From NCBI GenBank assembly GCA_002633005.1, contig NMRA01000825.1, positions 58,792 through 122,791 of the forward strand: a DNA stretch of 64,000 nt. The letters run 5' to 3'. This document shows, in pieces, positions 1 to 10,900 of this stretch. The notes beneath the pieces are model-generated. The model searched no databases. It worked only from the letters and a program-made list of their open reading frames with translations, and had not been told where the DNA came from. Position numbers and translations under genes: made by a program. Source of the stretch: Phoronis australis (taxonomy: Eukaryota > Animalia > Phoronida). Positions within the stretch are counted from its first letter, which is position 1; each line of letters starts with the position of its first letter.

Positions 1-247
1 GACCTTTGCACCAAACGACCTCTTCCGGTGCATTATGGAATATGATGATATAACGAATAAAAATTTATATATTGCTGATATACATATCTTGAATTTAAAA
101 AACATGCCTGCACCCATTTTGGAGTTATTAAGCATCAAAGTTGGTCGGAAGAAGAATAAGAATAAGAATAAGAAGAATAAGAAGAATAAAATTGAAGAAA
201 ACCCAGGAACAACAGCACTATGTGCTTGCACGTGCAGAGTAATAATT
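1..247 (-). mobile_element. End of a Helentron/HINE-like non-autonomous element (family 2) with (AAGAAT)n microsatellite
   Basis: The reverse complement reads TTATTACTCTGCACGTGCAAGCACATAGTGCTGTTGTTCCTGGGTTTTCTTCAATTTT followed by a microsatellite. The same terminus occurs at 63346-63441. Confidence 0.6.
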
Positions 248-264
248 AGTCACCAAAATATCAA

Positions 265-404
265 GGTAGAGTTCGGTAACGCGAGTACCTCGCTAAAAAG
301 CAAGACTTCGAGAGATTATTGCCGTGTATTTTAAATGAGAACACGTGATTTTGGCTAGGTTTTAGCGAGGTCCTAGCGTTGGCCCAACGTTACGGAACTC
401 TACC
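265..404. mobile_element. Short MITE with 17-bp terminal inverted repeats
   Basis: GGTAGAGTTCGGTAACG ... CGTTACGGAACTCTACC. The internal TTAAATGAGAAC.C.TGA.TTTGGCT is shared with 14161-14306. Confidence 0.6.
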
Positions 405-1403
405 CAGTATTGGCTTCTCAATAAGGCCCAAATACCAAGGTTCTGTGTCATGAAAAATGGTGAGACCCGTGTTCGACCTGGCCTTACTGGCAGACAATCG
501 AGCATTGCACAAAGGTGTCTCCTACTCATCTGGCTTCGTTCCTACTACTGAATGTATGAAAGGGAATGAATGAGAACCTACATATAATGCAAAAGCAATT
601 TCTGGAACTATGCTTGTATTTTTGAAAATTGGGAGAGTTTTAGAAGGGGTGAGAAGCCACTGTTCCTTTGAACCCCCTCTGAATCCGCCGCTGCATGCTG
701 TCAAATATATTCTGCCGGAAGTGAAATGAGTTTCACCCGATTACTGTCCGATGTCTGACCTAAAAATAAATATAAGCCTCGCAAAAATAACAATGCTGTC
801 ATTTTTTCAGTTCATTAAGTACGAAACTAAAGATTTTTTTGTCACTGCCCTTTTAATTAGAATATGATAAATCACTCCAAATCAAAGCATAAGCGACTGC
901 TTGTACACGCCCACACAGTATCTAAAATTCAATTGTTGTAACGCGATTAAATGAAAATTGAAAACGTGACTAATGCATCCATATGCTACACAATCACAAA
1001 ATAAGCCGTATTTATTGCTTTTAGAGGTACAGCACATTATATTCCAGTTGATGTACTATTAAATTTCCCTGAAAACGGCAGCTACATGTTGCATCAGTCT
1101 CTTGTGTGGTTCTGTCACTAGTCGAAAGTCAGGACTCGTTGGGCTCCCAGATTTTGTGAACCAGTTTGATGCCCGTTATTCTATGGCTAAAACTGGTTAT
1201 CAAAATGCATTTAGTACTGAATAGCCAGCAATGTTGGTTGGCGTAATAATACTACTCACAGTTGTTACCACGCGTCTTTCCGGGAGCACTCTCGCGCTCC
1301 GTTGTCTTGGAAGTGAAACGAGATGACTCATATTCGACATAATACGAGACGTAGTTTGTTAATCCACCGAGGAACAGCGGAGGACATCTCAAGTGAAAAC
1401 TTA

Positions 1404-1956
1404 TGATGGGCAGTTGGTGAGAGAGAGTGTCGAAGTAAAATTACGTTCGTAATTACGAATCATTGCGCCTTTAGTTACAACGACGTAAAATTACGCTCGT
1501 AATTTACTTCATAACGGCGTACAATTGCCTTCGTAAATATATTTCTTGACGGCGCAAAATTACGCTCGTATTTAATTCGTAACTCTTATATCTGAATCAT
1601 CGCGGATCCGAGGCAGCAATATCCGCGTTCGTGAATGAAAGGAGCCAAACTGCTACTCAGCAATTAATACATGCAGAAAGTCACCACCACATCTTACAGT
1701 CACATGTATTGTCTTTTCGTTTGTATAAAGTTATTATGAGTGTAAATTTGGAGCGATATTTCCTCCATTTATGTGGCAAACGTAATTTTACGGCGACATT
1801 CCCCCCACTTAATTTACGAGCTTATTTTTACGGCAATAGCTCCCTATATTATTTTCGAGCGTAATTTCACGGCGCGACATCTTTCTCATTTAATTAATTT
1901 ACTCTCGTGATTGCGAGTGTAATTTTACGGCAACGCTTTCCCCTAACGCCCCATCA
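1404..1956. mobile_element. MITE with TGATGGG...CCCATCA ends and internal AATTACGCTCGTA sub-repeats
   Basis: Imperfect TIRs flanked by TA on both sides, with mirrored arrays of AAATTACGCTCGTAA. A truncated second copy is at 48525-49072. Confidence 0.7.
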
Positions 1957-2256
1957 TATCGTTGGTCACTGGGTGAACGTTATGCTCGTAATTTATGTGC
2001 CTAAATCAATTCCTAAATATTTGCTGCGTAAATTTATTTTAACAACGTAAATTCAAAGTTAACTTTCGCGGCAAATAATTATTTTACGCCGTAAAGAATT
2101 AACTTATAACGTCGAAAAGCTACAATAAAGTACGTCGCAAATAATCAATTTACGCCATACAGAAGAATTGAGTTACACCGTTAAAAGTTAATTTAAGCCG
2201 TTGATATATAATTCCCACTGTCAACAAGAATTTACGCACGAAATTTACGCGCATAA

Positions 2257-2409
2257 CAGCGGTGGATTTAGAGACGGGGCCAAGGTGGCCATGTTCCCCC
2301 TTNNNNNNNNNNNNNNNNNNNNNNNNNNNNNNNNNNNNNNNNNNNNNNNNNNNNNNNNNNNNNNNNNNCCCCCCCCCCCCCCAACTCAAAATCCTGGGTC
2401 CGCCCTCGT
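2257..2409. mobile_element. CAG.GG.GGAT-type GC-rich MITE spanning an N gap
   Basis: CAGCGGTGGATTTAG ... CTGGGTCCGCCCTCG. Related ends occur at about 640-693, 45185-45322 and 54599-54928. Confidence 0.5.
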
Positions 2410-4915
2410 CTAACGTAATTTACCAATTTGGTCAACGGTACGTGCCGCACCCACGAACCTCGCTTACCAATCAAGTTCAAATCTCAACTGATATGTATAT
2501 GAGTGAACGGTTCACGAAATAAGATTAACAGTGGTTGAGATAGAACATGTAGGAGGTAATGGAATTTTTAATCAAACAAGTCTCAAATGGCAGGATTACA
2601 GTTTTCAAGTGACAGTTTATTGATTTCGTCACAGAGGTACATGTGTATAAATAAAAAGGATGCAGAACCCTGTTTTGATGATTTCAACCAATCCTCGATC
2701 TGTCATATTCTAATGAATCATTAACGTCAATCTTCCAAGTTAGAGACGGGAATCAACTAAAAACTCGTACTGGCTCCCTATAACAATATTGGACATTATT
2801 GTCCTTGGTGTTTTCCCACAATTGCCGTGTAATTCACTAAAAGCGTTGGTAACACCTCGCTGGTTCGCGTGTCGCTAGGTGGACGGTAGCCAGCGCGCTG
2901 GCGAAGCACGTAGGGAACCAACGAGAGGCCACACTTGACCCTTTAGCAGACTTTGAGAGGAGTTTCAAAGTTTTCGTCCAAACTTTTGAGGGTTGTAGAG
3001 AGTTACTGGGCATAATTTTGTTTCAGAGAACTGGTTTGGTATCCTTTAAGTACTTGATGTAACTAAAGTTAAATCAATTTAAAATTCGATTTTATTTTTT
3101 TCATGTTGTGTTTATGTACATGGTCATGAAAGCTGAATAAGACATATTACCATACTATAGATCAGTCACGATCGCCGACACCGCAACGAAACTGCCCAAT
3201 CGCCACGTAGATACAACCGCTCAGTTTGCCGAATCTTTTTACACTTGAATAACGTTTACAAGAGGAAAAACGTTGTGACCTAATCTTTGGATTTTCATGA
3301 AGCGTGCCCCAAGTCAACGATTAACAACAGCCTTACGAAGATTGTTTAGTTCGCTCCGCCTGTATGATGAGTAATGGATGGTCTAGCACTGTGTATGTCT
3401 TACTTAGCCCGGGCCCATACTTGACAAGAGTTAAAAATTATTGGAGGGCACAAACCGGCCAATTAGACTTCGGCAAATTTTACCCTCTTCCTACGCTACA
3501 CCCCATGTTACGGACCATTTGCCAGTTTTGTAAAAAAAAACCCGGCCCGCCATCACTAAGATTAAGTGGGGGAACAAACCCCGGGGGGACAGCCATCACA
3601 ACTAGATTGACCAGGTCTCAACAAAATTCGACAGGCAGCTCAACTCGTACCTATGTATCAGTGCTGGCTCTGTTGAAGATTTTATTATGGTCCAGCAGGG
3701 GGAACGTTCTAGTTAAACATATGGTTGCGGTTCCGGGGGACCAGCCTAGCCCTGCAGCTTCAGGGGTGACTGAGGACAAATGATGGACAAGGTAAACCAA
3801 AATGTACCTGTCCTCACACCGAGTACAATTACGCCGCCGGGGAGTTTAAATTTAGTTCCTGTCGGACTTCATGGATTACTGTGTTACCTGAGTACGGATT
3901 AGTAAGACACCCAGATCTCATAGAAAGTGTTGACTGACATGATTTCGGTAACCTCTAGGTCGAGGTCATCATTTGTGACAGTCGTGAAATTCAAATGAAG
4001 AAGGCTTTTAGGCTACCCGAATCTTAAGGGATGACTTCGAGCTAGTCAACCCGGGTCTGGACGGTTAGGCACAGACACAATTCCTTCCACAACAGAGCAG
4101 CTTAAAATTCGTGATTCTCTATAGTACATGTTAGTTGGCGCAAGCCCAATCTCAATTGGCAACTGGAACACCACATGTGATTGTCATTGTTGGTCTAGTT
4201 TATCGTAACTCCCTGTAACTGGCTGTTTCATCACTTGTTCCGTGGCCTACCTATAGACAGCCGCTATGTTCACTATCTTCTGATGATCGTGTTTGAATAA
4301 ATGTCAACGGAACATGTCAAGCCGATTTGAAGCCGTTGTCGTTTTTACTAATAATATAGAGACCTTTCAAGCAACGATACCAATTTAAATTATGAAGATG
4401 CAGTCTCCGATAGAAAACCGTGAATATTTAGTTGTACTAAGCGCCACCTGGTGACTTCCCAAACAACAGTGCGCAAGTTTAATTAGGAAAACTTAAAAAC
4501 AAGTGTGAACATGTGCAAGCTCTAGTAATTCCAAACACTACACAATCCTTATTTGCTAATGAAATAAATAGATAAAAACTTACCATTTTTTATTAGGGCA
4601 ATGGCGAAATGTTACCAATGAAAATCGAGAACGTTTACATAACGAACCTAATGTAAACTAAGTCTCTATTTTGATAAGGGCACAGTTTTCAAATGTGTTA
4701 ATTGGATAATGCCATTAAGTCAAAAGAGCTTACAATCAAGATAAAAAATGACATTTATTATCTAACAAAGACAGAAAAATGGAGATTTAGGGAACATAAG
4801 GGAGTCCCTAATTGATGTGTTTCACGCAACCACACACAACTAAATTCTGTGATTAGGTATTGAAAGCACAACCTTTAAAATAAAAGAATAAAACGAAATA
4901 AGTATATTTTAGATT

Positions 4916-4921
4916 TTTATT
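4916..4921 (-). terminator. RPS6 polyadenylation signal AATAAA
   Basis: AATAAA on the minus strand about 28 nt after the stop codon; short 3' UTRs are typical of ribosomal protein mRNAs. Confidence 0.65.
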
Positions 4922-4948
4922 CATTTTTTCAAGAGGTGATGCACATAT

Positions 4949-7900
4949 TTATTTCTTGGAGGTGGACTCTCTCATGGAGCTCCTCGACTGTGATGCCGAT
5001 CGCTTCCTCTCCTGCCGACGTTCTTTTGCCTCCTTATTCCTCTGTGCCAATAGCTTGTGGTACTCTGCGGCGTCCTCGCGCTGCTTCTTGGCACGTTGGT
5101 TCTTCAACAAGAGACGGTGCCTCTTGCGTTGTAGAACCACCGGTGTCACTAGACGCTGGATCTTGGGGGCTTTTGACCTGGGCTTCTTTCCTGGAAACAG
5201 CACGGCACTGACTCTCAATACATTCACACAAGTTTATGCAAGAACAGAAATGCCATTTGTTTGGAACCACTTCTCAATTGTTTGGACATTCTTTAAAGGT
5301 CATTTTCAGGCTTTCTGATTATTAGCGCTTTTAGAACAATGACTTCGCCTTAGTCTGAGCTAGTCAACTGACATGAAAGTTTGCACAAATTTATGGTGTA
5401 CTATAAAACCGATGAAACCAGATTTTAATGTACTTCTCGACAATGGCGACATGGATGGCAAACTGTTTTAAAATGGACTTCCATGGCTCATGGCTTTGTT
5501 GTTTGATAGTTAATCCATATTCTGAGACATGGTTCCCAGCCCATGGCAGTAATATAAAGTTCAAATATAAAGTCACCCGCAGGTAAGTTTTACTAGTAAT
5601 TCCTATTCAAAACAAGAATGACATAGTTGCACAAAACAAATGAATATCAGGATATTGTTGGTGAATGTTTGGCATTTGAACGCATGGATTACAGATTTGT
5701 TCAGTCACTGAATATTCATATAATATATGAAGACAAAAACAAATCACAGTCCCAACAATGTTTTTCAGATGTAAAATTGCTACTGTACCTTTAAGATGTG
5801 CACATACAAGGGCTAGCTTCCTGTTCCTAGAAGCATAGCTGGAGATTATGCAAACACTTGAGTACTTCAAAATATGCATTATTTGATATAGATGTGTGGG
5901 TCCACTTCCTTATGTGACATTCGAGAGGAAAATTGCCATTAAAAGTGGTTGTGACCTTTGTGGAGTCTTCATATTTCATAAGATATCATTTCAACGCTTT
6001 ATTTTCAAAGTGTAAAAGTAAATAAGGGCTGTTTCAGCAAAATCTGTGTAGGATGGGGGGGAAGGCAACCGAAATAAAAATTTATGGGTGGTTGCGTTTG
6101 ATTTAAATTCAAAATGGCTGGTGGTCGTACTTCAAAAAAATAAAAATTTACAGGTCGTCGCTGTTTCATTGGGCCATAAATGTTTGATGGTGGGTAATTT
6201 TAGTAAATTTTATAAACAATCCGCACAGAATCAAAAACTGAAACAAAAATGCAACTTGCAAACAGCTCCGACTTTTTCACTCCCTCCGATCTCCTCATCA
6301 GCATGCCCATAACACCATTTAACCACAGGTGCTCAAATTTCTCAATGGTTAATAACCATAAATAAGAAACATATGTTTTCTTAGTAATGAATGACGTTAG
6401 TGGTGATGGAGAAACAGATAAACTCAAGCGTCTGTGCAGTCAACCACAAGAACAAAAAAAATTACGGGTGGTAGGCCGTAGAAATAAATGAAAAATATGG
6501 GTGGTGGGTGCGAAATAAGGTGCCTTCCCCCCTCCCATACAGATTTTACTGGAACAGCCCTAATATATTATTCAGATTTGTTTTTGTCTTTCATTACAAA
6601 TTGCCAATTCTCGCTGTTGTCTGCTGAGGTCAAGGTCACTGAATTTATGAGTTCAATATGCTTCAAACAGACAGTTATTAAATAGGATTTAGCTCGCCCA
6701 GCACAGCATTAGGCTGCAAATTCAAATCCAATCTAAGGCTCGTGCCAATAATGTCCCTTTCAACTGGGCATCGTTCATATGCCTTTTGTCCATTCTCAAA
6801 AGTTTTCATTCCATGTCAACTGAATGCACGTCAACGTCCAAAGCTTTATAATAGAAAAGTTACGTTTCACTTACACAATTCTTTAGAAATTTGTTCCTCA
6901 GTTAAATGAACATTGTTCGTTTTACGCGCTGCCAAAATGCATTTCTGGNACGGACGCCGCCCGGACGGACGGACAGAGATGACGGCATAATGCGTCCACA
7001 TATAAATATGTGGGCGCATAAAAATTACGGGTGGTAGGCTGAAGAAATAAATGAAAAATATGGGTGGTGGGTGCGAAAAAAAGGTGCCTTCCCCCCTCCC
7101 ATACAGATTTTACTGGAACAGCCCTAATATATTATTCAGATTTGTTTTTGTCTTTCATTACAAATTGCCAATTCTCGCTGTTGTCTGCCAGACGTTTGCT
7201 GAGTCAAGGTCACTGAATTTATGAGTTTATTTATGCTTCAAACAGACAGTTATTAAGTAGGATTTAGCTCGCCCAGCACAGTATTAGGCTGCAAATTCAA
7301 ATCCAATCTAAGGCTCGTGCCAATAATGTCCCTTTCAACTGGGCATCGTTCATATGCCTTTTGTCCATTCTCAAAAGTTTTCATTCCATGTCAACTGAAT
7401 GCACGTCAACGTCCAAAGCTTCATAATAGAAAAGTCACGTTTCACTTACACAGTTCTTTAGAAATTTGTTCCTCAGTTAAATGAACATTGTTCGTTTTAC
7501 GCGCTGCCAAAATGCATTTCTGGGATTAAAGTTGACCAGAGCTACAAAATCAAGTCTGGTGCATGGTAAATTTTTCTAGAAATCGGTAATTCTCATCGAC
7601 TGAAAAATTCATGTATATTGGAGTATTTCGCAATTTATGGAGTTGGATTTCTCTCCGCCGACACAGCACAGCGACTGGCTGCAACCGCCTGCATTTCAGG
7701 TTCAAGTCCGCATTCCACCTGATAACTAAGTACCACTTTTCTCGCCAGTAATGCCCCTTTTAAGTGTTTCACACTCACATGCATGCCACTAAACCTGCAT
7801 GTAGACAGACAAGCCTAAGTGCAGACCCGTGACCTTACCTTCCTTGGCCGGACATGGTCTCCTGACCACATACTGACGGACGTCGTCCTCTTTCTGCAGG

Positions 7901-10900
7901 TTGAACAATTTCCTGATCTTGCTGGCTCTCTTGGGACCTAGCTGCCGAGGCACAGTCTTGTCAGTCAGGCCAGGGATGTCTTGTTCGCCTGCAATGGCAA
8001 ACAGGGACATACATGAACGAATGTAAATCTAAGATGAAGGAGGAAAGCTGACATTTTTTAATGTTATTTAAACTAAAAATAGAAATAAGCAGTTATCCAA
8101 GACATATTTTAAAGATGCTATATCTCATTAAAACTGTGAATATTTAATTTGTAGCAAGCACCACCCATTGACTTCCTGGAGAACTGTGTGTACAAGTGGT
8201 CAGGAAAAGAAACAATTGGTAAATAAATTGCAGTTTTAAAGAAAACACCACAACTGATACACTTAAAAACAAGTGTGTACATACAAAACCCTAGTAATTC
8301 CAAATATTATGCAATCGTTATTTACTGGAGAACCCAGGGTTCTTTGTGAATTAATACTTAATTTGCATAGTCACATTTTAATGAGACTACACATCTCTAA
8401 CCTTGATTACATGATCTTTTCTAATGGCCCAAGATAAACATGTATGCCACATTGGTGAAATGACATAGTTGGTGTCCCCGTCTCCAATAGATTGTAGTTA
8501 GACCATGATCATTTGAGAGACGATTGTTGTTTACTCAGTGAATTGAAATGCAGACAAAACACAACTACGCCACTTCCCTGAATATGATGTGCTTGGACAT
8601 GAAATTTACCAAGGACAAAGTCGTTGTCCCAACTTAATTATCTCTTAACTACAAATCAAGATATACTTTTAATCTTAATTAGCATTGTCCTTGCTCCAAT
8701 TAACTCCTGTATGAAAAAACAACACCACTGAAGAAAATTGAACTGCACTTAAACTAGCGCAAAAGCGTCAAAAAGACCGACACAAATGCAATCCAAATCT
8801 TCTTGGTGTAAAAGCACTCAACAATTTGCCATAAAGATGGGTAAAAAACTGCAACATAGTGAATGCAAATAATGGCGTGGAAAATATCCCAATTTGTCAA
8901 AATTTCAAACCATTCCAAATTTTCTTCGATTATGAGAAGGCCATTTGCAATTTGATCCTGGTCCAATCGGAGACTTCAAAGCATCGAACACAGCGCACAC
9001 ACACCTTTCCTAACGACGACCAGATTGAGAACGCTCAGATTGGAATCGACAATGCAACCCCGGACGGACTTCCTCCGGCGTTCGCCCGTTCGTCGTGGTC
9101 GATAACAGTTGTGGTTCTTGTTGAGCAGGAGGCGAACACGGCCTGTGGTGAGCACGCCCTGCTTCATGGGGAAACCCTGCTTGTCGTTGCCACCGGAGAT
9201 GCGTACTACGTAGCCCTAGTAACACAAACAAAATGACGCATTAGTCTAAGAAGTATCCTGTAACTTTGAAGGGTCTCATACATCCCAATTACCATTATAT
9301 GGTATTCATAGCATTCAAGTGCTAGACTGTGTACAGCAAACACAAATTACATGGTATCACATTGATCAGTACTGTATTGTATTGCGTCCTCTTCTTATTT
9401 ATTACTGTCTTTAGTCTTATCCTTTACTAATCATTTACATATATATTTTACTTTGTTGTTTGTAAGCTATTATCCAAGTACATCTTTGCCGACTACCCAA
9501 TTGTATAATTCTAGTTTTATGTGATGTAAAATCAAACTCTCATCCCAGAATTTTTAAGTTACAATCCATTTTAATCTAATGGTGCCATAATTCCATAGCT
9601 TTTCTAACATATGTTTGGTAAACAGCTTGAGAACTGAAAGAAGCATTAAAGCAAATCTGAATCCTAATCACGTCATGCATCATTTAACACTATCAAAGGG
9701 TAAGTGCAGGTGATACATACCACAGTTTGTGCAAGCAAGTCTCAAAACATGGCACAAGTTGTTTTGTGGTATCAAATGCCTTAGTCAAATTCTCTTGAAG
9801 ACACATCAACAGTTATGCCACACCTTATAAAAGGAGTTTATAAAGGACTTGGAATGATCAATGACAAAAACGGAAAGATTTTTCAGGTGATGTATCGTTC
9901 CACAAATAGGCTTGTGTGAAAGAAATATTTTGGGTTTTAGTGGAAATGAATGTTTTGCATGAATGAAGTCAAAATAATAACAAAAAGAGTAAATGGAAAT
10001 AAAATAAGAGGAAATCAAAATCAAAATCGAGGAAATCTTTTTAAAGAGGAAAATTCCAAGCCCTGTATTTATTAACAAGGCTTTAAACCCACCGCCAATT
10101 TATAGCATTACAAAATCACTTTCAAATTGTTCCTCTATCAAAATGGAGGTCATTTCATGCGTCGACCATGCGAGCTGTCAGTTCTTTGCAAGCCCAAAAA
10201 TCCCTTGACTTCTGAGTTAAGGAACAAGTCATGACCCAATTTCAAATGACCAAGAAGTCTCAATCAAAAACTTCCCTTCACAGACAAAACACAGGGTTCC
10301 AGTAATTTTAACTTTTCATAATGGGACGTACAAGTTGATCCATTGGAAATGGAATCTTGGTGTAAAATGGATAACCCGCAGCTGAAAACAAGACTCCTGC
10401 ACTTTCACAACTAACCAGCCCAAAAAACACCAACCCCAACCTTTAAAACACAAACCCCAACCTTTAAAACACAAACCCCTAACTTTTAAAACACAGACTC
10501 CAGGGATCAGATGTATGGCCCACTTTAAATGCTAGTTTGTTAGTGTGTTGAATCAACGGTTACAGTACTTGTAACAAACCAACACCCTGTATAACATACA
10601 CTGGCTGACCTAGTGGTTACAGTACTTGTAACAAACCAACACCCTGTATAAAATACACTGGCTGACCAAGTGGTTACAGTACTTGTAACAAACCAATCCC
10701 CTATATGCAGTACACTGGCTGACCTCGTTGTGACAATCCAGTCATGTGCGGGTTCACGCAAGCCGAGGTACTTACCTTCCACTCATCACCCAAGCTCTCC
10801 GCTGACACTTCTGCAGCCATACGCTTCTCATAAAACGCTCGCAGCTTTAGGTCATCAGTTACTTCAAGTAGCTTCTGAGCCCCTGTAGCTGGATATGAGA

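Noticed and set aside
3364-3783. 139-aa ORF
   Set aside because: No domain similarity or exon context; it lies in a probable repeat.
8440-8636. Assignment to U17/snR30 from a shared AAGTGGCGTAG
   Set aside because: It lacks the conserved m1 (AUAUUCCUA) and m2 (AAACCAU) motifs; kept only as an unassigned candidate.
4936-9236. Plus-strand ORFs 4936-5211, 4956-5318 and 8859-9236
   Set aside because: Antisense shadows of RPS6 exons.
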